A stretch of 64,000 bases of DNA from Octopus sinensis. Lineage: Eukaryota. This document shows, one piece after another, positions 1-12,129 of the stretch (its first letter is position 1; each line of letters opens with the position of its first letter). Location of the stretch: NCBI RefSeq assembly GCF_006345805.1, contig NC_043005.1, positions 46,996,001 through 47,060,000 of the forward strand, given 5' to 3'. The position numbers and the translations under genes were made by a program. The notes below the pieces were generated by a model, which did not search any database, was not told the DNA's origin, and saw only the letters and a list, made by a program, of their open reading frames with translations.

Positions 1-1893
1 TTCTTAAACTTATAATATTATACTTACATTTGCAAATGAAATCTATTCTTTTCTCCTTTTTTTTTTATTTTTCTATTATACATTACATTCCGTTTACAAA
101 GAGAAGATATCGAATATGAGAAATTATACATCCTTGAGTATCTTTTAAATATTTAATCGAAATGCGTTAGAAGATATCAAATGAAGCCACGGAAATTTAA
201 TCTATAAGAAACAGACATCACATTCTTTTGGAATAGCGTCAACAATTGAAATGTGAGCAAATATGTAACTTGAGCAGACATAAATTATCGACGATAAAGT
301 ACTTAATTTTCGTTCGTATACGCGCGTGCGTGTGCACTTGCGCGAGCGCGCACACACACAGGCACACACAAGCACAAACACACACACATACAGATAGAGT
401 CACTCACACATCTATATATTAACTAGTTTGCCTCTGTTTTTCCTTTTATTTCGCCCGGATATTAATTTGATTGCGTTTACTTCACATGAAAAACGTTTAA
501 AACTCTCTTCAATCCGTCCACAAATTTATGGTAGAACATGATTATATTGATCTCTGTTTAAACAAAATTTGCGTCTTTTCAATAGACATAAGTCAACATA
601 TTTTAGGATTGGAATAGGATAGTTAGACAATGATATTTTTCCTTGAATAACGATGCGGACACGGTGAAATGCCATAGACTGCAGACCTAAATTAAGTTGC
701 GATATTAATATAATTCTCCCTCAACAGTACGAATTATAACTAATCATTTTAACTAATAATTTTTTCTAACATTATTTATGTGTTACTTTTCCATTACTTT
801 CTTCAAATCATATAATTTTAGAAGAATAATGGAAAGATATAAACTTCAGTAAAAAGAACTGTTGAAAAGAATGTGAAACTCATGCAAACGAGATATAATA
901 TATTAAACATTTCAGCTCTGATAAGAGTTTACGCAAGTTTTCCTGTGCTTATTAAATTCTTATCATAAAGAGTCAGCCATTATTATCTTCATGTTAACTT
1001 TTTTTTGTTATTGTCTTTGCCAAATAGGCAAACAAAATGCCAAACTTTTAGTAGCGAAATAAATATAAAATAACAGAGATTTGTGAAAACTAGTAAATTT
1101 TAATATTGTAGCATAATAAAACACTAATGCCGGTCATCACATCTTGGAATTATCAAGGAATAAAAGAAAAGTAATCAAACGAACAAAGTTTCTCAACGTA
1201 GAGTAGCAATCGTTCATTAAAAAAACTGGACATTTTCCAAATGACAAACACTAGATTTACTCCATTTTCAATGAAAATATAAGCATAGAAACCATATTTT
1301 TATATTTATATCATTTTAGTTGTGGTTTTAATGCCGAGATTGTAGGCTTTTAGCATGTAAATAACGAGACACCAAGTTGAAGCTAATTCATTTATTTTAT
1401 GTTGATAGTATCCTAGAGAAAGATTTGTAAAATTGCACATTTTTCTTCATTTTATAAGTTTGTATTTTAATTAATTATCAAGTTCATTGTAAGGGGAGAA
1501 TGGAAGAATAGAATTTAGCTCTATATTTCTAAAATGTTTCAAATCCACTGAAAGACAATTATTTGTTATATACTTGCCATTGTTTACACACATATCCATT
1601 TGAAAGTTTTTCCTGCAGGTACTATCCTAGAGTTGTGAAACTCACCATCAAACACAACATCGTTAATGAGGAAGAGGCTTGACTAAGATTTAAAAACCGC
1701 TTATAATTTCCAAATAGCGTTTTAATAAGGAAACGATATCTCATACCAAAACGAACTTGTGTAAGTGGCACAAGTTCAACCTTGTATTATAGTGATCGGC
1801 CCAAGGCAGATTTGAACAAAGAGAGTTAAAGAAGTGGACAGGATACTAAGTGGTAAATAATTAGGTACATATCCATTAAAGGATATCAAGAGT

Positions 1894-2209
1894 GAAGGCG
1901 AGTGGCTTAGAGCTTAGGCTAATCGGCTCATGATCGTAAGGTTGTGAGTTCGATTAACGGCTGCGCGTTGTGCTCTTGAGCAAGACGCTTTGTTTCACGT
2001 TGCTCTAGTTCACCCAGCTATCAAAAATGAGTTGTACCTGTTATTCAAAGGGCTGGACTTGTCACATGCTGTGTCACAGTGAATCTTCCTGAGAACTACA
2101 AAAAGGGTATGCGTCTCTGTGGAGTGCTCAGCCAGTTGCATATTAATTTCACGAGCAGGCTGTTTTGTTGATCGGATTGACTGGAACCGTCGCAATCGAC
2201 GGAGTGCCA
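1894..2209 (+). mobile_element. tRNA-headed SINE, family D (CORE-like centre)
   Basis: Head with A-box-like TGGCTTAGAG and B-box-like GAGTTCGATT, then TTGAGCAAGACGCTTTGTTTCACGTTGC; colinear with 31942-32258. Confidence 0.8.
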
Positions 2210-2357
2210 ATATTTCAAAATGTATTATTTCTATTTTTTTTTACACCTGCTCATGATTAAGGGTTCTATATCATTCTATTTTAAAATATCACGAAATTGA
2301 CTTGACTACATGAGCAGATAGCTTAGGAATGAGAATCCAGGTTCGAAATTTCTCCAA

Positions 2358-2403
2358 GACACCTGATGAAGGCTGGAGGGTATATCAGCCGAAACGTTGT
2401 GTT
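2358..2403 (+). ncRNA. Minimal type I hammerhead ribozyme motif in a Penelope-like terminal repeat
   Basis: GACAC-CTGATGA-A-GGCTG(gagggtatat)CAGCC-GAAA-CG-TT-GTGTT: stems I and II pair, core intact, palindromic AACGTT in place of stem III. Confidence 0.8.
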
Positions 2404-3698
2404 AACAACAAACAAGATGAGGACAAGTATCCGTCAAATGTAAATAACGTAAATAATATAAATCATATAGTTATATATCAGAATTTTAGATGTTGGCTTT
2501 GTTGTCATAATCACCTAAATCAATCTCTCCTCCATATTTCAATTAAAGCTTTAATCAATTTAAAATTCGGAGTTGTCTGCTTGCCTTTCTTGACAAAAAT
2601 TATCGTTAATGCTCACGATTTATTATTATAGGCATAATTATAACTGATTATATATTGTAAGTCATGACTTTATATATCTCGGTCCCCACTTCACTATATT
2701 CCTTAGGTATTTTGTTGGTTGTATTTTTACTGACTACATCTTTTAAAACATTCATTTCAGGATTCTGATTAGGCTTATCGTTTATTTATATGAATGTTAA
2801 TTCTCATGTGTAACCGAATTTCTTTAGCTGTAGTTCAAATTCTTTTCAAAACACCAAAATCTTTGCAAATATATCCCTTATATTTAAATCGGCTTTGAAA
2901 GATGGAAGCAAGTTTGAAAATCTATTTAAATTTACATGAACCTCTAATAAATTCATAGACACCGTATTTTCCATCATCAAGTGTCTGTTGACATTTTACT
3001 GTGAAATGACTAACCTTTAATTGAAGACATACATACAGGCTGAAAAATAATTGTTTTATTTATTAACGCTTCTATTTCGAGAGAAAAAAAACTGTGAAGA
3101 TCCGTTTAACAGATGTTCTGTGAAAGGAACGCAAAAATGAAAGCAAAAGTAATGGTTGATGTATAACTTACCTTCTAAACTAGGCAAATTACGAGAAAGA
3201 AAAAGCTATTAATTGCTTTGTAAATGCAAATATACAGAGAAAAAAGTCAGCTTCACAAGTACTTTTCAGAGGTAATGAAGGCTGTTTCCTGCCAATAAAT
3301 GTCACTCAACTGGAACAGCAATAGTGACTAAAGAAACTATGGAGAAAAACGATTAGCTTCTGGTTTAGGAATCAATATTACATGGAAGGATTTGGATGGA
3401 ATTACATGATTTGTCCATTATCGACGAGTACTTTTTGAACATCGACAGGGAAATTGTTGCAAGTGATAATAAATTTCAGAGATTGTTTGAGTGTCCATAG
3501 GGTGTGCTATATACAAGTGTAAAAAAGGATAATGTGGATAAGTCAGCCTTGTTTCTGACACGACTTATTAGAACTCTCACAGAAAACTTCAACAGTACTA
3601 CTTTAAAATAGAATACGGTAAATTCATTTCGGTAAAGCAGGACAATGTTTAGTTTGTTATACAAACTCTCAAAATGGTATTATTATATAAATCAAAAA

Positions 3699-3903
3699 GG
3701 CAGCGAGCTAACTGAATCATTGACATGTCGGACAAGTTGCTTAGCAGTATTTCTTCCCCTATTTACGTTTTGGGTTCAAATTCCGTCGTTCATATTTTCG
3801 AGAACGATAAAATAAGTATTATTTGGGCACTGGAGGTCAATGTTATGGAATAGAACCTCCCGCAAAATGTCGAGCCTTGTTCCTATAGTAAGAAGAATTA
3901 TTA
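3699..3903 (+). mobile_element. SINE family A, degenerate
   Basis: GGCAGCGAGCT head, GGGTTCAAATTCC B box, CCTTGTTCCTATAGTAAGAAG tail. Confidence 0.7.
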
Positions 3904-4006
3904 GACAAAGTAATCGGAATTAATAGATTTTATTTAGATTTAGTCGAAATAAGTTTTGTTGTTAGTTACAAGGATTTCCAGGTTTTAAAGCAATATCTAT
4001 GTATAA

Positions 4007-4415
4007 GCGCAGCCACTACTAAATGGTAAGAAATTTGCTGCCTAACCACATGGTTTCTAGTTCAGTCTCATCTGTGACATCTTGGGCAAGTGTTTTCTGC
4101 TATAGCCCGGGTCGACCAAAACTTCGTAAGTGGATTTGAGTGTGTGTGTGTGTGTATATATATATATACATATATATAATATCAATGTGCATGTGTCTGC
4201 TTGTGTTTCCCCTCCACCACCGCTTGACCACCAAAGTTGGTATGTTTATGCCCCCGTAACCTAGTGTTTCAGCTAAAGAGGCCGATAGAATGAGTACCAG
4301 GCTAAAGAAAACAAAAGTAAAAGTACTAGGGTCGATTCCTTTGACTAAAATTCATCAAGATGGTGTTCCCTCATCATGGCCGCAGTCTAATGACTGAAAC
4401 AAGTAAAAGGTAAAG
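4007..4415 (+). mobile_element. SINE family B (internal microsatellite)
   Basis: CTTGGGCAAGTG core, central (TG)n(TA)n, 3' end GACTGAAACAAGTAAAAG shared with many copies in the window. Confidence 0.8.
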
Positions 4416-4924
4416 GATATTTTTGAAATCTTGAACCGGGAAAAATTTAAGGTCTGTATGGATTGTAACGCAATAATTAATACCACTACATTTTTGCTTT
4501 CTTCATACTAAATTGTCGAAGTGAGTACTGAGATACGAATGAAAATTAAGTTTCATAGAATTTTCAGATCTTTTTTTTCCACATATGAAATTCAGTTTAA
4601 CCCTCTTGCGAAACTCGGCCCATGTGGTACAAGCTGAAAGGATTCTGAGACTAATAGGCTATAATGCTTCAAAACATTTGTTTCATCGGGCCGATGTTTT
4701 GAAGTTGAAGCCTTCAGTAGATATAATATAAAACTATATAATATATATAGTTTTACATACTAACAAAGTAGTTATCGGCACTTTATCTTTTGTTCTTTAT
4801 TGGTTCTAATATTGTTCCTGCCAAGTTAATAAGATAGTTTCTATTTCATTTTGAGAATCAGTGTAATTGGCTTTTCTTTTTCAACAAAACTAAAAATACA
4901 GACCACCGGTTAAAAGATATATCA

Positions 4925-5313
4925 TGCCTATGTAGTAAGAAGCTTGTTTCCCAACTACATGGTTCCACTGCGTAGCACTTTGGGTAAGTGTCTTCTACTA
5001 TAGCTTCGGGCCGACCAAAGTCTTGTGAGTGAATTTGGTAGACAGAAACTGAAAGAAGCCCGGCGAGCTGGCAGAAGCGTGAGTATGCCGGGTGAAATGC
5101 TTAGCAGTATATCGTCTGCCGCTACGTTCTGAGTTCAAATTCCGCTGAGGTCGACTTTGCCTTTCTTCCTTTCGGGGTTGACAAATTAAGTACCAGTTAC
5201 GCACTGAAGTCGATGTAATCGATTTAATCCGTCTGTCTGTCCTTGTTTGTCCCCTCTATGTTTAGCTCCTTGTAGGCAATAAAGAAATAAGAAACTGAAA
5301 GGAGCCCGTCTTA

Positions 5314-5365
<52 letters not shown>

Positions 5366-5612
5366 TCCATGTATATTTCTGTATGTGCGTCATTTTGTCT
5401 GTGTTTGTCCCCTCACCATCACTTGACAAGCGATGTTGGTGTGTTTACGTCCCCGTAACTTAGCGGTTCCGCAAAAGAAACTGATAGAATATGTACTAGG
5501 CTTACAAAGAATAAATCTTTGGGTCGATTTTATCGTCTGAAACCCTTTAAAACGGTCCTCCAGCATGACCGCAGTCAAATGCCTGAAACCTGTAAACGAA
5601 TAAACGAATAAC
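4925..5612 (+). mobile_element. SINE family B, interrupted by a family A copy
   Basis: B head, core, (TA)n and TAAACGAA tail; A copy inserted at 5062-5289. Confidence 0.85.
5062..5289 (+). mobile_element. SINE family A with 18-bp TSD
   Basis: Flanked by AGAAACTGAAAG(A/G)AGCCC at 5044-5061 and 5290-5307. Confidence 0.9.
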
Positions 5613-5695
5613 TATCCAAACGAGCAAGTAATTGACTTTATCTGTACTAGTGTATGGAAGAAATACACAATAGTGTTAATATTAGTATATGGCAA

Positions 5696-6121
5696 GGAGG
5701 CGAGCTGGCACGATTGTTACGACGCCGGGTAAAATGCATAGTGGCATTTCGTCCGTCTTTATGTTCCGGGTTCAAATGCCGCTGAAGACTTTACCTTTCA
5801 TTCTTTCGAGATCGATATAATACGTATCACTTGAGAATTGGAGTCGATGTAATTGATACACCCCTTCCCTGAAATTGCTGGCCTTGTGTCGAAATTTGAA
5901 ACTAGTATAAGTAAATCGCTAAGGCAGCGAGCTGGTAGAATCTTTAGCATGCGGGGGAAAATGCTTTGTGGCATTCTTTTCTGATTTCGAATTCCGCCTG
6001 GTCTACTTTGCCTTTCATCCTTTCGGGGTCAGTGAAATTAGTAAAAACTGAGTACTGGAGTCGATGTAATCGACTTACCCACTCACCTGAAATTGCTGAC
6101 CTTGTGCCAAAATTTGAAACC
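5696..6121 (+). mobile_element. Two tandem SINE family A copies
   Basis: Heads at about 5696 and 5923, both ending GAAATTGCTG...AATTTGAAAC; flanked by AATATTAGTATAT(G/A)GCAA. Confidence 0.8.
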
Positions 6122-6659
6122 AATATTAGTATATAGCAATAGTATCACAATTTGTTCTGTCTAAGTCTACTGGTTAACGATGAACTATTTTCAATTTTAA
6201 CGCAGACATCAAATATGTTCCTTTCACTCAAAATACGAAGTTTTCCACATTTCTGTAATGTTACCTGTAAATAAGTGTAATTATTTATATCATTAAAAAC
6301 ATTTATGGAAAATTCTTTACTTTGGAGAGCTGAATTAGAAAACGTTCAGTGAATGTTGAGTGAGGAAAGTGAGGATTCCTTCAGGCTCCCTAACTTAAAC
6401 AAAGCCAATGAAATGTATGAAAATGCCAAGTTGTGTTCTATGATTCCTGAGACTGGATTCACAGTATTAATGACTTGTATTACAAAGAATCCGAGTATGG
6501 TTCCAAACTACCTGATAACTGACTCACTGAAAAATTGAATTCCGCGGGAGTAAAAGCACCATAATGTTTTTGTATTTTTTGTTTAATCCATATTAAATAT
6601 ATTCATCAGTTTGATTTTCTTGTCGAATTATCCTCTTTAATGGCACGTTGTATCTATAT

Positions 6660-6815
6660 AGGTCCAGATGTGGTTGTGTGATGAAAAGTTTGTTTTGCAA
6701 CTACATGGTTTCGGGTTGCCTTCCACTATTGCCTCGGACCAACCACAGCCTTGAAAGGATTTGGTAAACGAAAGCTGAAAGAACCATCATGGTCCAATGA
6801 CTGAAAAGAAAAAGG
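6660..6815 (+). mobile_element. SINE family B, internally deleted
   Basis: B head joined through deletions to the ATGACTGAAA 3' end. Confidence 0.6.
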
Positions 6816-6853
6816 TGTGTGTGTGTGCATGCGTGTATGTATATATATATATA

Positions 6854-8161
6854 TTGGATCATCCCATAATTAATGGGGATTTTTTCATACTTCTTTTATC
6901 TTTTAAAATTAAGATAAACAAAGTTATTTTTTAATCGAAAATATACTCCACTTGATTTTCTACAATGCTCTTCCATCTATCTGGTAGACTTTCAAGGCCC
7001 CTCTTCCAAAATTCACTTGTCCGTGATGAAAAATACTCCTCCAGTACTGCTCTAACCTCATCTACAGAATTCATATTTTTTCCATCTAAATGATTTTGAA
7101 GATTGCAGAATAAATGATAATCAAATAGGGCAATGCTTGGCGAAAATGGTTGGTGGGGTATCGTTTCCCATTCAAACTCCTCCAGCATTAGGAATGTCAT
7201 CCTCGCTGTATATGACCGAGCATTATCCTGATGTAAGAACACATTTCGTCTTGAAACCAAAGATGTTCGCTTTTCTTCTAGTGCTGACTTAAGCTGCTCA
7301 AGCTGCTCACAGTAGATTTCCTCTGTTAGCGTTTGGTTTAGGTTTAAGAGTCCAAAGTGGACTACCTCTTTCAGAGCCCACCAAACAGATAACAACACCT
7401 TACATAGTTGAAGACCTTCTTTAGCTTGGGGTGGCGGTGTTTCTCGTTTCCCTACCCACTGTCTTCGGCGCTTAAAAAAATTTTTATAGAGAACCCATTT
7501 CTCATCACTAGTCACTATTCTATCAAAAAATAAAAAGGGTCATTCATGAGACGTCACAGCAAAGAATAACACATATTCACTCTCTGCGCGCGATTAGACT
7601 CGGAAAGTTTGTGAGGAATTCATTGACCCGATTCGCAGACTTCTCCGATGGCATCTAAGTGTCGATGAATGGCTGAATGACAAAATCCAAGTTTCTCTGC
7701 TAGTTCCTCAACAGTTACGATGGGATTTTGTTTCACCAGGGCTGGCAGGACGTCCTCGTCTAAATTTACAGATCTTCCAGAACGAGGTGCGTATTCTAGG
7801 CTGTAGTTTCCAGCTCGAAATTTTGGGAACCACAGTTGACACTGGCTTACGCTTATTGTGAGATCCCTATATAATGCATTAATATTCCTCGCACTTTCTG
7901 TTGCGTTGTTGTCTGTATTGAACTCATAAAGCAAAATATGCCGACTATAATCCTTTGTCACTTCCATTATAGGTTTGTAAAAATAGCTGTTAAAATCGAA
8001 ATGCACTCTTCGAAACTAAGAATAAATACAATGTAAAAAAATTAGTACCTGCATTTATAGTAAGTTTATACAGGTAGTTTATCCCGTCCCCACCAATTTT
8101 TAGTTCATGCATTTGAAAAAGCCGCATTATTTGTATATATATATATATATATCTAAGCCAA
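6854..8161 (-). mobile_element. Full-length mariner (DD34D) DNA transposon, inactive
   Basis: About 1.31 kb, TA on both sides; left TIR TTGGATCATCCCATAATTAATGGGGATTTTTTCA, right TIR TGAAAAAGCCGCATTA...CCAA disrupted by (TA)n; encloses a transposase pseudogene. Confidence 0.9.
6931..7967 (-). pseudogene. Mariner transposase pseudogene
   Basis: HTH region (WFPKFRAGNYSLEYAPRSGR); WVPH motif reads *IPHKL; TSDEKW, HQDNAR and SPSIALFDYHLF with 34 residues between the last two Asp; two stops and a frameshift near 7520-7620. Confidence 0.93.
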
Positions 8162-8225
8162 TACAAGGAAAACATAATATTATATTATGGTATATTCTTA
8201 TAATAATATAATATAATATATAAGC

Positions 8226-8819
8226 AATAAATATCAAATACAAATTACATATAATTCTTTCGCTTGTTGCCCATACTAAGATCATAATAATTCATGTTTG
8301 TGGATAAGAATCTCTTCAGAGTAATATTTGATATATGAAGAGTTGCAGATCCTAAACTAGATTGAATTGACTAGAGAGGATAAACTATTTTAAATACATC
8401 ATTTTGCTATTTACCCATAGACAAATATTGTATTGTTATTATAATAATATGTATTTTTAATAGTATGAAAGAATAAAAGAGATATTTCTCATTTCCCGAT
8501 TTTAAAAAAAATATTGTTCCTGGTATTTAGAAAAACTAATGCGCTAAAATGATTAAAATTCTTAATAGTATACAAATATATTTTATGACCAGTGTATTAG
8601 TTTACTTTTCATATTTTTTATCTTTGATTTTGTTTATGATTATCGACGCTCACGCTTGTAAGCATAAATTCAGTCGTTTGAGGGTGGGGGTGAATCTGTA
8701 ACTCCTCATATATCAAACATTACACTGAAGAGAATCTTTCCCACAAACATGGATTTTTATAATTTTATGATGTGTAACAATCGAAAGAATTGCATGTAAT
8801 TTGTATTTAATATTTATTT
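8226..8819. repeat. Diverged long inverted repeat (foldback/MITE-like)
   Basis: 8226-8350 is the reverse complement of 8694-8819 with scattered substitutions. Confidence 0.75.
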
Positions 8820-8953
8820 ATTATACTATATCATAAGATATAATATAGTATTATGTTAATATATATATATATAATGCATATACACAATATATATATAATA
8901 TATATATATAATATATATATATATATATAATATATATATATATATTATCTTAT

Positions 8954-8983
8954 TTGCTGAAGAAATCTGAAACCTAGGTATAA
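8954..8983 (+). ncRNA. Reduced hammerhead-like motif
   Basis: TTG-CTGAAGA-aatct-GAAA-CCTAGG-TA-TAA: core boxes and palindromic stem III present, stem II essentially absent. Confidence 0.4.
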
Positions 8984-9271
8984 CCGTAAAAATAACAAAG
9001 TAAAAATTTATATTTTTCATTCCTTTCGAAAATTGCTCTTAAATGTGGTTTTGGTCGTTTTGACTGCTTCTTCTAGCGTGCAAAAATTACCCGTTAAAGG
9101 TAGTTTTCTCTTGTGCTTAAATGTACACTATTTTATATTGAGAATATGTATACACACACGCACACACAGACCGTGAAGATTCAGTAAGACAGTTGCTAAG
9201 GAGAATATATTTTGGGTCATGTATGTGAATACATATATATATGTAAGTATGTATGTGTGTATGTATGTATG

Positions 9272-9311
<40 letters not shown>

Positions 9312-9663
9312 TGTGTGTGTGTATGTATATCCAGAAGTATATATGTATATGTACGTGTGTGCGCGCGCGTATAAATATGTGTCTAAGTATATGGATGCAT
9401 GTATATGAATATTATATAGATACTTAAGAATACTCACAATCATGCGTGTATAATTCATCTACGTACGGTTACGCGTGCACGCACGCACTCGCAAACACTT
9501 ATTCAAACATAGATATATATATGCAAGTGCACGCGCAAAAGCAAGTGTTTGTGCCAGTGTTAAACCGAGTTGTAGGTAGGTAGGTAGAGGGGAAATGAAG
9601 CGGCGCAGTACATACAGCGTAAGCAAATCATTTAATGTAAGACATTTTCTCAGCGTACATTAC

Positions 9664-9722
9664 CTATCACTGTTTTCGCTCTGCGTGAAACGAAGCTTTT
9701 ATTTAACAGCCGATCTTCAGGA
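9664..9722 (-). other. Candidate isolated 59-nt exon
   Basis: Long polypyrimidine tract ending TAG, donor AG/GTAATG, one open frame PEDRLLNKSFVSRRAKTVI; no homology recognised. Confidence 0.25.
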
Positions 9723-10622
9723 CTAAGAAAGAAAAAAAAAGAAAAATGAAAAAAAATATATATAGCATATGTGGGTTTAAAACGCAGCAAGTATTGATTT
9801 GTCTTGACACCGGTGGCTTGCTGCTTTATTTGTATAGGCAATTCGTAGGTAAAATTATCAATGCAGGTGCCATTAAAGGAAAGACCTTTTGTACATGTAT
9901 CGTAGCTATTGATTAGATTAATGTAAACAAATGAGACTCTAGAGCAAAACTGGCAAGCATTATTGATAGCTATTGTGTTCTTCAGTAAGATACTGGACAT
10001 AGATGGTCAAAAAGCGGTGTGGTGCTACTCGCTGACGGTCGAATGCTCAATAACAACTGGTATGATGGAAAAATATTAGTTTCTTTTGACTAGGCACATA
10101 GCCAAATTTAGTATGTAAAGTAAAAATTTAATGAACATATATCGTCATATGACAATGGATAAATCGAATGTGCTTACCTATCAGTTTCTTCTCGTACAGG
10201 CAGAAGGCCAATTTTGACATATCCAGTATGTACATCTTTGTATATTCATAAATATTTGCCTATCCGATTATTCATCCTATTTATCTAATCGTCAAGTTAC
10301 GGTTTTATAAAGACAGAGTAAGAGAGAGAGAGTGAGAGAGAGAGATAATGTGTGTGTGTATGTAGTGGGGATTAGGAGTGATTGAATAATAGATTGAGAA
10401 AACGACAACTCGACCCTGCAGTTTGCACCCGTAAATTTATAAACAAGCTAGAACAGGAAGACAGACAGGAGAATACACATACATAGATTTGTGCACGCAC
10501 ACACATTTATATCTTTACTACATGCAAAAATAACATTAAAGGCATTGTTATTGTTAGAGGATCCAAAGCCAGAGACTCCAGTCACGTTACAATAATACTG
10601 CGAATAATATTTACCCGAATAA

Positions 10623-10835
10623 GACGGCGAACTGGCAAAATCGTTACAACGCCGACAAACGTGGTTTAGTGGCATTTCTTCTTACTTTACATTCTGAGTT
10701 CAAATGCCGCCGAGGTCGACTTTTGCTTTACAACTTTTCAGGGTCGATAAAAGAAGTACCAATTGAATACTGGGGTCGATGTACGGGACTTAACCCTGTC
10801 CCCGTAGTTACAGTCCACGGCCCCAAATTTTAAAC
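10623..10835 (+). mobile_element. SINE family A
   Basis: GACGGCGAACTGGCAAAA head, GAGTTCAAATGCCGCCGAGGTCGAC, GGGTCGATAAAAGAAGTACC. Confidence 0.8.
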
Positions 10836-11109
10836 CTACCTTCGAACGCGGAGTAGATGAAACAGGGACAACTGAAGAAGGTGAATATTCTTTATGTTGT
10901 ATGTCTCGTTTCTCTGTTTGTTTGTTTTTTCGTTGTTCGAAAACAAGTTCGTTTCTATGTTTGTATGTATGTATATATTTACGGGGCTGCACTGACAATC
11001 AGCTGGCAAAAGATCTGTTTGGGCTTAAACTGGTAGTAACATTGAACAGATACTTTGATGTGGCGATTAACTACTTATATATATGTATATAATATATATA
11101 TATATATAT

Positions 11110-11237
11110 ATGAGGGAGAGTCAAAAACTATACGCACTCTTGTTTTTTTTTTTATGTATTTACACAAAACAGAGGATAAACAAGTACGTCGTTTTTCTAT
11201 ATAGTCTCCTTCCTTTTTAATGCACTTGGTTCAGCGT
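11110..11237 (-). mobile_element. Mariner 3' end fragment
   Basis: Minus-strand R*TKCIKKEGDYIEK (mariner C-terminus) followed by TIR-like GAGGGAGAGTCAAAA abutting (TA)n. Confidence 0.75.
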
Positions 11238-11338
11238 GACACAGTGTGTGAGAAGGATGACCTTTTGAAATACAGGTACAACAGAATCAGGAAGAGTGAG
11301 AGAAAGTTGTGGTGAAAGAGTACAACAGGGTTCGCCAG
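11236..11338 (-). mobile_element. SINE fragment joining family E centre to family D 3' part
   Basis: Minus-strand GTACTCTTTCACCACAACTTTCTCTCACTC (as at about 48560) then GTTGTACCTGTATTTCAAAAGG (as at about 32075). Confidence 0.65.
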
Positions 11339-11376
11339 TATGTTAGATTTAATTTTTTCAATATATCATATCACTG

Positions 11377-11837
11377 GGCGGCCAGCAAACTGAATCGTTA
11401 GCACGTAGGGCAGTTGCTTAGCGGTATAATGAAAGGCGGTGAGCTGGCAGAAACGTTAGCAAGCCGGGCGAAATACTTCGCGGTATTTCGTCTGCCGTTA
11501 TGTTCTGAGTTCAAATTCCGCCGAGGTCGACTTTACCTTTCATCCTTTCGGGGTCGATAAATTAAAGTACCAGTTACGCACTGGGGTCTATGTAATCGAC
11601 TTAATACCTATGTCTGTCCTTGTTTGTCCCCTCTATGTTTAGCCCCTTGTGGGTTATAAAGAAATAGGTATTTCATCCGTCTTCACGGTCCGAGTTAAAA
11701 TTTCGCCGTGGTCGACTTCGCCTTCGTCCTTCGAGATCGACGAAATAAGAATCAGTCGAGCAGTGTCGATGTAATCGACTTGCCCCCCCCCCCAAAAAAA
11801 AATTTCAGGCCTTGTGCCTACACTAGAAAGGATTATT
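11377..11837 (+). mobile_element. Nested SINE family A copies
   Basis: Low-divergence copy 11436-11666 sits between an older head (11377-11430) and a body resuming at GGTATTTC (11667). Confidence 0.85.
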
Positions 11838-12129
11838 TGATCACTTGCGTTTACATAATATCTTATTCCATTAAGGCGATCATCCCCCTTCCTAACTGCT
11901 ATTAAATAACGCCTTGAAGACTATTGCTTATTCGTATGATCGCATCGCTTAAAACTGAGATTTTGGATTCACGTGAACCCATTCTATTCCCTTCAACTCG
12001 ATAATGTCCACCATCTTATGTGCACACACGCCAAGTGCGTAAGTATTTTTATTCGGTTCAAACCAACAAGACCACGACTTCGACGGTATTCCTTACATTA
12101 TTATCAAGCATTGCACCTCATAGTTAGCA

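Noticed and set aside
4667-4704. 11-bp hairpin CTTCAAAACAT / ATGTTTTGAAG
   Set aside because: Isolated and AT-rich, with no supporting context
6353-6538. 61-aa ORF
   Set aside because: No recognisable motif or splice support
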